The position numbers were made by a program, and so were the translations under genes. From a virus, in the UHGV virus genome UHGV-0096747: 32,457 nt of DNA. One strand, given 5' to 3'. Numbering within the stretch: position 1 is the first letter of the stretch; every line of letters starts with the position of its first letter. The notes below the pieces were generated by a model, which saw nothing but the letters and a program-made list of their open reading frames with translations, was not told the DNA's origin and did no database searches. Of this stretch, positions 1 through 9,049 are shown in pieces.

Positions 1-144
1 TTAATTTCGATTATTTTTCCCGGATGGAAAATTCTTAGAAACCGATCACATACAGCTGCATTTATTAAGGTTATCATCCGTTTCGCTGAAAAACATAACC
101 CATAAAATGCTAGCTGTACCAGGAACCACCTCCTTAGCCTGTGT

Positions 145-171
145 AATCTCCCTTACACGGGCTTATTTTTT
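145..171. other. Phage att core (attR copy), AATCTCCCTTACACGGGCTTATTTTTT
   Basis: Reverse complement matches my recollection of the 27-bp P2 att core AAAAAATAAGCCCGTGTAAGGGAGATT; it sits about 100 bp outside ogr, as in P2. Confidence 0.6.
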
Positions 172-234
172 ACGCGTAATACAATGAAATAAAAGGATTT
201 ATTTCTGGTCACGTCCACACATTGACCACATCGA

Positions 235-260
235 CAAAAAAGCCCCTCGACTGAGGGGCT
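235..260 (-). terminator. Rho-independent terminator downstream of ogr
   Basis: 8-bp GC-rich stem AGCCCCTC/GAGGGGCT with 4-nt loop, followed on the minus strand by a T6 run. Confidence 0.5.
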
Positions 261-272
261 TCCTGTTTGTAA

Positions 273-491
273 TTACATCCACATAATTTGCTGCCCTGAC
301 GGCAACGGGTGCGGCCTTACGGCGTGGACTTCTCCCGGCTTCACGATGTATCGCTGTACCGACTCATAAGTGATGAACGTGGCGCTGCAATTCACGTTCT
401 GGCACTGGTGATAACGCTCTTTTGTCGTATCAGTGATATAGCGACTTGTACGCGCATGTGCGGCATGCTGGCATAAAGGACAATGAAACAT
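273..491 (-). CDS. ogr: Late gene transcription activator Ogr (zinc finger)
   Basis: 72 aa from the ATG at 489..491; C-x2-C-x22-C-x4-C zinc finger; sequence MFHCPLCQHAAHARTSRYI is familiar as P2 Ogr. The longer 97-aa ORF in the track is an upstream extension. Confidence 0.9.
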   Translation of the reverse strand: MFHCPLCQHAAHARTSRYITDTTKERYHQCQNVNCSATFITYESVQRYIVKPGEVHAVRPHPLPSGQQIMWM

Positions 492-572
492 CGCGAGCAC
501 CTCTTCCGGTTTTGTTGATGGTGCCATTTTAGTTAATTTAACCTTATAAAACAAACAGATAAACAAAAGATA

Positions 573-1736
573 TCACTCATCATCTTCTGTTTCGTACTCC
601 ACATCAGAAAGCCTGACCTCAAGTTCTAAGGACGTCGTGAAGCCGCTATTATTCAGAAAGTGAGTCACCTTAGTGATTGTCCAGTCCTGCTCGTCTATGA
701 CGCGCTTAAAGCCTGACACTTTAACCGGTGTTTCCGTGTAAATATCTGCCCGACCGGTAGCCAGGCTGATGGAGAACTCCGCCACACCCCGTTGCAGTTT
801 ATCCCACTTCGCCTGAGCGGCGCGCATGGCCTGCGCTTTTGTGGCATATACCGTGGTCAGGGCAAAAACGTTGTCAGCCTCACCGGCCATGTATTCACCT
901 TCGCGCGCTTCCGGTACTTTTGGCGCTTTCTTCTGCGTGACCGGTTTCGCTTTCGGGTGCTCCAGTGCGCGCAGGTGTTTTTCTTTCTTTTTGCGTTTCA
1001 GTTTTACCTTCTGCTTTTGCGGCTTCGGGTCTTTGGTGTGTAACCACTTTGCCGTTACGCCTGTGTAGGCTCCGCGGTCAGCAATCGAAAAATGATGACG
1101 GTCACCGTCGCTGCGGGTGATGGTAATCTGCGGGATTTTTTTACCGCTGGCAGTCACCCCCAGCCCCGCTTTGAGAAACAGCAGTTTTCCCATTTTTACC
1201 GACACCTCACCGCCGTTGCGTTCAGCAAGACGGGTCAGGAATTTCGCATCGGACTCCTGCGACTGGTCGATGTGCGGGATTTTAATTCCGGCCAGTGACG
1301 GCGCGACACTGGCTTCCAGCCTGTTACGGGAGGCTATTGCCTCAACAATCGCACCGAGCGTGGTGTCATGCCAGGAGCCTTCACGGCGGGAATTGAGCGT
1401 CCCGCGAAAATCTGCACTCCGGGCGCGGATGGTGACCACATCCGGCGCGCCCCGGTGTTCAACCTCATCAACGGTAAATTTCCCTTTGCATACCAGGGCA
1501 AAGCCTTTCCAGCCGATATACACCGTCAGGACAGCGCCACGAATCGGCAGCCCGACCTGCCCGTCGGCATCGTTCAGTTCAATATCAAGCTGGTCAGCCT
1601 CAAAGCCCCGGTTATCCGTCAGGGTCATGCTCATCAGACGGTCGCTGATATTGCCGGTAATATCCCTGCTGTCGAGCATCAGCATGTAATCCGGCGTCAG
1701 CGTACTGCCTGCATCAAATGTCAGCGCATCCAGCAT
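573..1736 (-). CDS. D: Tail protein D
   Basis: 387 aa, same length as P2 gpD; position between ogr and U. Confidence 0.88.
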   Translation of the reverse strand: MLDALTFDAGSTLTPDYMLMLDSRDITGNISDRLMSMTLTDNRGFEADQLDIELNDADGQVGLPIRGAVLTVYIGWKGFALVCKGKFTVDEVEHRGAPDVVTIRARSADFRGTLNSRREGSWHDTTLGAIVEAIASRNRLEASVAPSLAGIKIPHIDQSQESDAKFLTRLAERNGGEVSVKMGKLLFLKAGLGVTASGKKIPQITITRSDGDRHHFSIADRGAYTGVTAKWLHTKDPKPQKQKVKLKRKKKEKHLRALEHPKAKPVTQKKAPKVPEAREGEYMAGEADNVFALTTVYATKAQAMRAAQAKWDKLQRGVAEFSISLATGRADIYTETPVKVSGFKRVIDEQDWTITKVTHFLNNSGFTTSLELEVRLSDVEYETEDDE

Positions 1737-2215
1737 TATCCCGCCCCCGTCATACCCGTGAATCTGGTCGCCATACTGCCAGCCTTACCGATGAGCGATT
1801 CCGCCTGTTTACCGATATCGCCATAAAGCGCGGCCAGTGATTCATCAACGCGGGTGAGCGACAGCGTAAAATCAATTTTCCGGGGGGTGCCGTCTGCAAA
1901 GAAAATACTCCCTGTTTCACTCACCTTGCTGATGACATACATGCCGTAAATCATGCCAGTGCCATCCAGCAACGGCCACGCCCGGCCTTCCTCTGCCATC
2001 AGCCTGAGCGTGGTCATCGTCAGCTTCCCGCCGGTCAGTTCGGGATAAAGCACGCCGGCAAGCGTCATGTTTTCCTCACCCACACCGAGAAACTGAAAGG
2101 CATCCCGTTTACCGATACGGGAATTTGACGGCCAGCGATAATCTGATTCGCGCTGCATGGTCTGATGTGGCAGCGTCTGGCGCATAAAAACAAACATACC
2201 TAACGCGAGCATCAT
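1736..2215 (-). CDS. U: Tail protein U (tail terminator)
   Basis: 159 aa as in P2 gpU; position between D and T. Confidence 0.88.
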   Translation of the reverse strand: MMLALGMFVFMRQTLPHQTMQRESDYRWPSNSRIGKRDAFQFLGVGEENMTLAGVLYPELTGGKLTMTTLRLMAEEGRAWPLLDGTGMIYGMYVISKVSETGSIFFADGTPRKIDFTLSLTRVDESLAALYGDIGKQAESLIGKAGSMATRFTGMTGAG

Positions 2216-2229
2216 TTTTCGTCACCTCC

Positions 2230-4677
2230 TTAACCGTCATGCATCATGCTGGCACGGGCGCGCACACGTTTATCCCGCTCGTATTTTTCGAGCGCATCCT
2301 GTAACTGGCGGTCAAGCTGTGTCCCCGGCGCAGTACCACCCGTCAGGCTGATGTGATATTCGTTTTTACTCTGGTCCACATAAGAGCGGCCAGCCGGTGC
2401 CGTGACCGGCTGATAAGCCTGATAGCCTGCATAAGAGCTGGTCGCCGGAATATAACCACCGGTGCCATACGTGGCGGCATGAGTTCTGGCGGCGGTCTGG
2501 TCAAGTGTGTCTGACTCTTTGTTGATAACACCGAGTTTTTCCAGTACCCAGTCAATACCGCTGCGCAGTTTGTTGAACGCATTAAGCGGCAGCATCAGCG
2601 CGTCAGCCAGTGCCTGCCCGAACATGACGCCCGTGTCACGGCAACGGTTCAGGGTGTCCTGTGTGGCTTTAACCGGAGCAATCAGGTTTGTAAACCACTG
2701 CCACGCGGCCTGTAACTTTTCGCCCAGCCAGTCAAACACCGGCTTAAGTGGCGTGAACAGCTCCCCCACCGGCGCAAATGCCGCTTTCAGCCCTTCAACC
2801 ACACCGCCAAAGAATGCGCTGACAGGCTCCCAGTATTTACGGATAAGCAACGCCCCGGCGACAATGGCAGCCACCACGGCCACAACCGGCCAGCTAATCG
2901 CACCGATGGCCGTCATAACGGCACTACCAACCGTCGTGAAGATTGCCCCCATTGCGCCTGCTGCCGCGATAATGGCATTGATGCCGGTGATAACCGGCCA
3001 GGCTACAAGGCCAATGGCACCGATGATGCCAGTCAGCGCCAGTGCACCGCCGGCAATGATGCCGATGGTTGACGCCAGTGATTTGTTTTTCTGTATCCAG
3101 CCGTCGAGTTTTAACACATACTTTGTGGCCGTCTGCGTGAGCTTACGCAGCGCGCCTTCCTGCTGGTCAAACAGGTCAGTCCCCACAGCCTCATAAGCGG
3201 ACTGAAACTCCTTAAAGTCACCGCCGAGGTTATCCTGCATGATTTTAACCAGCTCTTCCGTTTTACTGTCCGAGGCTTTCAGCGTGGCGGTCAGCGTATC
3301 CAGTTTTCCGCTTGCTGCCGCTGCCAGTAAAACGTTCGCTGATTTCAGGGCTTCCTCACCAAAAATGGTTTTAAGGTATTCCCCCTTCTGAGACGTTCCC
3401 AGCTTGTGTTTATCAAAGCTGGCCTGAATCTCTTTCAGAATGGTGAACAACGGACGCATATTTCCCTTTTTGTCCGAGGTTTTAACGCCAAGCTCTTTGA
3501 GTGCATCCCATGCTTTTCCAGTCGGAGCCTGTAATCGGGTGACAACGGCACTACTACCCGTACCCGCCATTGACCCCCTGATGTTATTGTCATGCAGCAC
3601 ACCGGTCATGGCTGCTGCCTGCTCAAGACTTACACCTGCCGTTCTTGCGACCGGACCGAGGTAAGTCAGTGCATCACTGAGTCCCTGAAAATCAGCCGCC
3701 GACTTATTCATCGTTGCCGACAACACGTCGCCCACATGGCTGACATCATCATTTGACAGTTGAAAGGATGCCTTAGTCCCCAGCAACAGTTGCGCGTTTT
3801 CTTCCATCGACCGCTGATTCGCCAGCGCCATATTCAGCGTGACCGGCGTTGCCGCCTGAATGGCATCAACATCCCCACCCGCTTTCGCGATGATTATCTG
3901 TGCACCGGCCGCATCATCCGCCGAGGCGGCGGTATTGTCGCCGAGCTGGCGCGCCTGTTTGCGTAGTGCGGTCATTTCGGCGGAGTCTTTTGCCACTCCG
4001 AGCACGGCCTGCAATTCTGAGTTTTTCTGCGCAAACTCATAACCGGGCATCAGCAACTTAACTCCGGCCATCGTTCCCGCCGCCGCAATCCCCACACCGG
4101 CAGCGCCCACTGAGGCCATATTTCCGGCCAGTTCCTTTCCGGCCTGATAACGCTGTTTTACTGCGTTAAGTTTTGCCTGTTGCGCACTGACACGCGCCAG
4201 CGCGTCACGCTGACGGTTAAGCTGTGCGGTGGTTTCACTGATACGATTTTTCAGTCCCTGCTCATCATGTGCAAGATTGCGGGTATTAATTCCCACAACG
4301 GCCAGTTCCCGCTGCTGGCGTTTAACGGAATCCGTCAGGCGGTTATATTTCGCCTGTAAGTCCTCCGCCGCACGCTTTGCGGATTCCAGCACTTTCGCCT
4401 GAGCACGGGTCGGACGTTCGGTGTTTTTAAACTGTGTGGCAAGGGCTTCGGCCTCCTGCCGTGCCTTTTCAAGTGCATGACCAGTTACGGCGAGCTGTGC
4501 ACTGGTCTTGCGAAATCCCTCAATACGGGATGCGTGACCGTTCAGCTCGCGCAGTGATTTTTGTGTTTCCCGGATATCCCCCGACAGCGACTTACTCGCT
4601 GTGCGGATGGATTTAAACGGGCGGGATGCCTGGTCAACAGCCCTGAGCAATACCTGTAATTTTACATTGTTACTCAT
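2230..4677 (-). CDS. T: Tail tape measure protein
   Basis: 815 aa as in P2 gpT; Ala/Gly-rich hydrophobic central region and coiled-coil N-terminus typical of tape measure proteins. Confidence 0.9.
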   Translation of the reverse strand: MSNNVKLQVLLRAVDQASRPFKSIRTASKSLSGDIRETQKSLRELNGHASRIEGFRKTSAQLAVTGHALEKARQEAEALATQFKNTERPTRAQAKVLESAKRAAEDLQAKYNRLTDSVKRQQRELAVVGINTRNLAHDEQGLKNRISETTAQLNRQRDALARVSAQQAKLNAVKQRYQAGKELAGNMASVGAAGVGIAAAGTMAGVKLLMPGYEFAQKNSELQAVLGVAKDSAEMTALRKQARQLGDNTAASADDAAGAQIIIAKAGGDVDAIQAATPVTLNMALANQRSMEENAQLLLGTKASFQLSNDDVSHVGDVLSATMNKSAADFQGLSDALTYLGPVARTAGVSLEQAAAMTGVLHDNNIRGSMAGTGSSAVVTRLQAPTGKAWDALKELGVKTSDKKGNMRPLFTILKEIQASFDKHKLGTSQKGEYLKTIFGEEALKSANVLLAAAASGKLDTLTATLKASDSKTEELVKIMQDNLGGDFKEFQSAYEAVGTDLFDQQEGALRKLTQTATKYVLKLDGWIQKNKSLASTIGIIAGGALALTGIIGAIGLVAWPVITGINAIIAAAGAMGAIFTTVGSAVMTAIGAISWPVVAVVAAIVAGALLIRKYWEPVSAFFGGVVEGLKAAFAPVGELFTPLKPVFDWLGEKLQAAWQWFTNLIAPVKATQDTLNRCRDTGVMFGQALADALMLPLNAFNKLRSGIDWVLEKLGVINKESDTLDQTAARTHAATYGTGGYIPATSSYAGYQAYQPVTAPAGRSYVDQSKNEYHISLTGGTAPGTQLDRQLQDALEKYERDKRVRARASMMHDG

Positions 4678-5097
4678 TCGTGTTTCCGCTTCGCCGGAGC
4701 GCCTTTTCGCGCCATGTGATGAGTTCGGTCAGGCTCATGGGATACAGTTCTGATGGCGGCCAGTGAAATATCACAGCCACATCCGCCATCAGGTCATCGA
4801 CCGACAGATTTTTCGGAAACGTCACTGCACCGAGTTCGGCGACAAAAAACCGACCACCTTACCGGCCAGCGCCACAAGGTCAGGCAGTTCCAGCGCGGCG
4901 ACTTCCTGCTCGGTCAGCATCGGTGCCGTCATGCGCGGCAGCACCTTAATCAGTGCATCGACTTCGGAGTTTGCGACCGCAGCCAGACTGACACCGCGCA
5001 GCGTCCCGGCATTGGGTTTCATCAGCGTGACCTGTTCGATAACCTGCTCACCACGCTTGACCGGATTGTCCAGGGTAATCACATTTTCTTTGTTCAT
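4670..5097 (-). CDS. E+E': E+E' tail assembly chaperone extension made by -1 programmed frameshift at TTTTTTG
   Basis: Slippery heptamer T6G (minus strand, 4843..4849) near the 3' end of E; my hand translation of the -1 frame stays open to a TAA at 4670..4672, overlapping the T start codon (4675..4677). Confidence 0.7.
4822..5097 (-). CDS. E: Tail assembly chaperone E
   Basis: 91 aa as in P2 gpE; directly upstream of T. Confidence 0.88.
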   Translation of the reverse strand: MNKENVITLDNPVKRGEQVIEQVTLMKPNAGTLRGVSLAAVANSEVDALIKVLPRMTAPMLTEQEVAALELPDLVALAGKVVGFLSPNSVQ

Positions 5098-5153
5098 GGT
5101 TTTCTCACTTCTGAATCAGGGTTAACCGGTCAGCCATGCTGACCGGATGAAAA

Positions 5154-5672
5154 TCACAGGCCGATATTTCGGCGGTGTTGCTCCAGCCGGTCGACGCCGT
5201 TCACCTTCTCAATCATGTTGATGGTGTCGATTTCGACCAGCTCCTTGCCGTCCATCGTCAGCCGGAAATAGGTGCAGACCACGGAGATTTTCGACTCGGT
5301 GTCTTCTCCCTGTTTACCCTCGCCGGTGTCGATTTCTTTCTGACGTCCACGCATGACCACTTCGACGGCCACCGTTTCGCCGGTATCGTCACGCTGGTAA
5401 GAGCCTGCAAAACGAATCGGCACAGCATCCACACCGGTTGCGGCGTAAAGCTCCCAGATAACCGAATCCGGGAAGCCACCGAGCGACCACTCCATTGACA
5501 GCGCATCGTCATCAAGGCCGAGGTCTACCGGTGCGCTGCCGTTCATCCCCGCACCGCGATAGTTTTCGAGCTTACGGGTCAGTTTTGGCAGCGTGAGGGA
5601 CTTTGCAACGCCCTGATAGCTGTAGCCGTTCAGAAAGACGTTCATTAACTTGAGTTTGCGCGGCATTGCCAT
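5154..5672 (-). CDS. FII: Tail tube protein FII
   Basis: 172 aa as in P2 gpFII; position. Confidence 0.9.
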   Translation of the reverse strand: MAMPRKLKLMNVFLNGYSYQGVAKSLTLPKLTRKLENYRGAGMNGSAPVDLGLDDDALSMEWSLGGFPDSVIWELYAATGVDAVPIRFAGSYQRDDTGETVAVEVVMRGRQKEIDTGEGKQGEDTESKISVVCTYFRLTMDGKELVEIDTINMIEKVNGVDRLEQHRRNIGL

Positions 5673-5684
5673 CGGTCAGGCTCC

Positions 5685-6875
5685 TTAATTGCTGTTAACC
5701 GAGGTGACCAGATTTGCCAGATATTTATCGGTGATACGCTGGCGCAGGGTCAGGTTTTCGAGAGGAGGCACCGGGGTATAGTCGTAGTCGATATACAGTT
5801 TTCCGGCCTTGAGGGTTTCCGCATCGTTGGATTCTTCGCTGAACCAGCAGGTCGCATCCACGATATAGCCGTTTGTTTTCAGCTCACGGAATTTGGCATT
5901 GATGCCGTCAACGATGTCGCGAATCAGCGTTGCAGTGATGGGCTTGTCCACCGCCCACATGTGCGCCTCAGCCATCGTGTCGGCCAGCACCTGCGCGGTG
6001 CGGGTGTAGTTTTCAAAGAGGAACAGCGGGTCATCAGAGCAGGTACGGTTACCCCAGAAGCGGAAACCGTCACGGCGAATCAGCGTTGTGACACCTGACT
6101 CGTTCAACAGGTCAGCATCGGTGCCGGACTCCTGCAAATCCCAGAATACAGAGGCACTGATGCCGGTAACGCCGTTTACCCCGACGTTGGACAGCGTTTT
6201 ATGCCAGCCCTGCTCCTGGTCGATTTTAGCGCGCAGACCCAGCGCACGGGCGGTGGCATACGCGGTGGCGGTGGTGCTGCTGACCGTATCCCATGCGAGG
6301 AAATCCGGCCAGATGACCATCAGCTCACGCTGGCTGAAATTCTGGCGGTAGGCTTTCACCTCGGAAATGGTTTTACAGCCCCATGCGCTGATATACCCGA
6401 AAGCGCGCAGCTTCTGACAGACGGATACCAGTGCAACAGCCACCTCTTTGGTGTCCAGTCCCGGCACACCGAGAATACGCGGTTTAACACCGGTTACCGA
6501 CTCCGCCGCCAGCAGGGCTTTCAGTCCGGTGTACTGACCGTTTTCGTCGGTGGTGCCGATGATATTGGAAACGGTCTGCGCGAGTTTCGTTTCTTCGTCT
6601 TCGCCGGTGCCGTCTTCCACACGCACGACAACGGTGACCGGTTTTGACTGGTCGGCGATGGCCTGCAACGATGCCGCCAGCGTGCCTTTTTTACCGGCCT
6701 TCGCAATTGCGCTCTGCACATTGGTAATCAGCACCGGTTTATTGAGGGGGAAGGTTTCCGCATCCGCATCGCTGGCCGTGCAGACCATGCCGACAATGGC
6801 CGTGGATACGGTGGAAATGACGCGGGTGCCGTCGTTAATCTCCAGCACCTGCACGCCATGATGATAGTCACTCAT
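5685..6875 (-). CDS. FI: Tail sheath protein FI
   Basis: 396 aa as in P2 gpFI; position. Confidence 0.9.
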   Translation of the reverse strand: MSDYHHGVQVLEINDGTRVISTVSTAIVGMVCTASDADAETFPLNKPVLITNVQSAIAKAGKKGTLAASLQAIADQSKPVTVVVRVEDGTGEDEETKLAQTVSNIIGTTDENGQYTGLKALLAAESVTGVKPRILGVPGLDTKEVAVALVSVCQKLRAFGYISAWGCKTISEVKAYRQNFSQRELMVIWPDFLAWDTVSSTTATAYATARALGLRAKIDQEQGWHKTLSNVGVNGVTGISASVFWDLQESGTDADLLNESGVTTLIRRDGFRFWGNRTCSDDPLFLFENYTRTAQVLADTMAEAHMWAVDKPITATLIRDIVDGINAKFRELKTNGYIVDATCWFSEESNDAETLKAGKLYIDYDYTPVPPLENLTLRQRITDKYLANLVTSVNSN

Positions 6876-7052
6876 CCGTTTAACTCCGTGGTTAATGGGT
6901 GCAACTATTTTCTGTTGGGCAGTGCATGAGACGCTATTTGACCTGGCTGGTCAGTGGATGAAACAACAGATAAAGAAAAGGCGGGCAATCAGCTTGCCTG
7001 CCTTGATTTGTACTCTCTCTGTTTCCAACTGACAAATTACGTAACCAAAATT

Positions 7053-7068
7053 CTGTCAAATCTGACAG
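7053..7068. terminator. Possible weak bidirectional terminator hairpin between the cargo gene and FI
   Basis: CTGTCA-AATC-TGACAG perfect 6-bp dyad flanked by 4-T runs on both strands, 68 nt downstream of the 7136..7828 ORF. Confidence 0.3.
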
Positions 7069-7135
7069 CCTGTTTTGAGCGAAGAGCGGACCTGAGATTG
7101 TGGTATGCTAATTTATGGGGAGCAGGTCAATTGTA

Positions 7136-7828
7136 TTAGTTATCTTTTTGCTTTTCTTTATCCCATTTCTTTGCAGTGGTCTGATACCACTCTTCACGTG
7201 CTCGTTGTTCCTCGGCTCTGTCACTTGAATTATAGTTGTCTGTTTTAATTTTTTTGCTTCCCTGGGAAATCGGCCTCCAGTCTTCTCTAATCTTTTTCAT
7301 CTGCTCAGCTATCTGTGTCATTGGACTCCTTGCACCTAAGTAGCTAACCCCCTCGAAAGAAGCCATATCATAAGAATACTCATTCCGCTCTCTTTCAGTT
7401 GAGCCCGGCTGTTTAGACCAGCTAATACTAACAGAATAAACTTGATCTTTAATCTGGTCATACTTACAAAGACTGCTGTTAAGGGAATGGCCGTTTTTCA
7501 ATACGCTAACCTTGCTAAATGGTATACCTTCATTTTTTCTATGTTCTGCATTAACCAGTGGGGGATTAAATCCGACTTCAATATCATAGGCTGGGGCATT
7601 TCCGGTATTAGCAATATTGATATCAAAATAAAAAGCAGCCCAAGAATTTGGTTCAAGAGTCACAACGACATGAGGTTGAACTGATGCGTCAACCATCCTT
7701 TTTGTCTCGTCTGCTAATAGCCTTGTTACTCTCCACAAGAAAAATGTAGCAACTGCTGTTAGCAATGCTGCCAAAGCGGAGATAAGTGTACTTACTGTGT
7801 TTATATGCTCTGCGATAAATTCGATCAT
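7136..7828 (-). CDS. Hypothetical single-pass membrane protein, AT-rich cargo at the Z/fun position
   Basis: 230-aa ORF with ATG start and AAGGA Shine-Dalgarno 7 nt upstream; N-terminal hydrophobic helix (VSTLISALAALLTAVATFFLW) then a charged soluble domain; AT-rich unlike the flanking tail genes. Confidence 0.6.
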   Translation of the reverse strand: MIEFIAEHINTVSTLISALAALLTAVATFFLWRVTRLLADETKRMVDASVQPHVVVTLEPNSWAAFYFDINIANTGNAPAYDIEVGFNPPLVNAEHRKNEGIPFSKVSVLKNGHSLNSSLCKYDQIKDQVYSVSISWSKQPGSTERERNEYSYDMASFEGVSYLGARSPMTQIAEQMKKIREDWRPISQGSKKIKTDNYNSSDRAEEQRAREEWYQTTAKKWDKEKQKDN

Positions 7829-8319
7829 GAGTTGTCCTTGGGGGCGTACTAATTGTTTTCAATACTAAAATAGCGCCGGGCTTGAAAAATTGCACACTTA
7901 TGGTTCGATTTACCTCAACAGTTAAGGCTTCAACTTCCCCCATGCACCTCACCCAGCCCAAGACTGTATGAGGTCTGACAAAGAACTTCCTGACACTTGA
8001 AAACGAGGCAACGGCTAGGGTTTCTCGTAGGGCAAGGATTGAATACGAAGCCTGTATATTGCTCCGCGAACGCTGCTGAGGGCAGTTTAAATGTTGGGCG
8101 TTTATGTAGCCTTTCACTCACCAGCATGAGTTCAATGTCTGTGAGTTACCGACAACAATATAAAGGGGGTGGCATCATCATATATCCAAGCTAGAGTCAA
8201 ATCCTATAACTGGTTTTATGATCAGTGTCAATTGTTTGATTATTGAACGTTTACGAAGCAGCACGGGAGCCATATAACTAATGGGCAGGTATAAGCCTGT
8301 ATCACGAGGAATCAGTAAA

Positions 8320-8499
8320 ATGGCTGATGATAAGACCAAAATCGGTACCCCTGACAATGATTTAATAAGTATCAAACAGGATTACGAGAGACGTGATTGG
8401 GCTGAAAAGTTTGGAGTTAGCGAGGCCAAACTTGTTCAAGCCGTACAGGCTGTAGGTCATTCGGCTAAGAAAGTACAGGCATGGCTTAAAGACCATTAA
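8320..8499 (+). CDS. Small hypothetical protein (59 aa), resembles the DUF3606 family
   Basis: Internal ATG at 8320 with GAGGAA Shine-Dalgarno 8 nt upstream (the track ORF starts earlier at 8281); WAEKFGVSEAKLVQAVQAVGHSAKKV matches my memory of the DUF3606 pattern; followed by a terminator. Confidence 0.5.
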   Translation: MADDKTKIGTPDNDLISIKQDYERRDWAEKFGVSEAKLVQAVQAVGHSAKKVQAWLKDH

Positions 8500-8505
8500 T
8501 ATATG

Positions 8506-8528
8506 AGCGCCTTTCTAGGCGCTTTTTT
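8506..8528 (+). terminator. Rho-independent terminator between the two small cargo ORFs
   Basis: AGCGCC-TTTCTA-GGCGCT hairpin followed by TTTTTT. Confidence 0.5.
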
Positions 8529-8551
8529 CTTTGTCCTTTGGGAGATGATTT

Positions 8552-8830
8552 ATGGCTAATAATTTATTTATTACTTACGACCTCATTAAAACGAAAGATT
8601 ATGCGGCTGTGTATGATGCAATTAAATCTTTAGGAAATTGGGCTTTAACAACTGAATCGAACTGGTATGTTAACTGTAGTTACTCTGCCGAGGATGCAGC
8701 CAAAATTGTGAGGGCGGTCATGGATAGTGATGATAAGCTTATTGTTGTAGACGCAACCAATAACTCAGCTTATTGGTACAATCTCTCAGATGAAGTTAGT
8801 AACCAAATTCTGACTGAGTGGAACAAGTAA
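8552..8830 (+). CDS. Small hypothetical protein (92 aa)
   Basis: ATG with GGGAG Shine-Dalgarno upstream; AT-rich; alternating hydrophobic strand-like and helix-like segments (LFITYDL, KLIVVDA, AYWYNL); no family assigned. Confidence 0.5.
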   Translation: MANNLFITYDLIKTKDYAAVYDAIKSLGNWALTTESNWYVNCSYSAEDAAKIVRAVMDSDDKLIVVDATNNSAYWYNLSDEVSNQILTEWNK

Positions 8831-8856
8831 TTAAAGGGGGTGGGTACCCCCTTTAA
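8831..8856. terminator. Perfect 10-bp inverted repeat (TTAAAGGGGG / CCCCCTTTAA), likely bidirectional terminator closing the cargo island
   Basis: Palindrome with 6-nt loop immediately after the stop of the 92-aa ORF. Confidence 0.4.
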
Positions 8857-9049
8857 TTCAGAAACTATCATGATTGAAACATTAAATATACTGGGTTAAT
8901 TCTTTCATCCTTGCTCCCTTGCTATATGTCCTGAAAGCGTCCTTTTTAGCCTTCTGCTCAGTATGTCCGGTAATGGCACAGAGCGGACTGTCAGATTAGG
9001 CTTTACTCTGTGCCATAGATATGTAATCTCACACCAGAGCTTATACAAC

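Noticed and set aside
792-1826. Several plus-strand ORFs (83 to 190 aa) inside gene D
   Set aside because: Antisense to a well-supported tail gene; products are low-complexity and Arg/Ser/Cys-rich, typical of spurious ORFs in GC-rich antisense frames.
2507-3196. 229-aa plus-strand ORF inside the tape measure gene
   Set aside because: Antisense shadow ORF of gene T; Ala/Ser/Pro-rich with no start context.
6954-7139. 61-aa ORF with GTG start between FI and the cargo membrane gene
   Set aside because: Lies in the intergenic terminator and promoter region, has no ribosome-binding site, and is more plausibly non-coding.
7896-7915. tRNA T-loop-like GGTTCGATT motif
   Set aside because: Flanking bases do not form a T-stem and I could not build acceptor or anticodon arms; likely chance.
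7689-8117. 142-aa minus-strand ORF overlapping the start of the 230-aa cargo gene
   Set aside because: Overlaps the better-supported gene by 140 nt in another frame; product looks random and there is no convincing start context.
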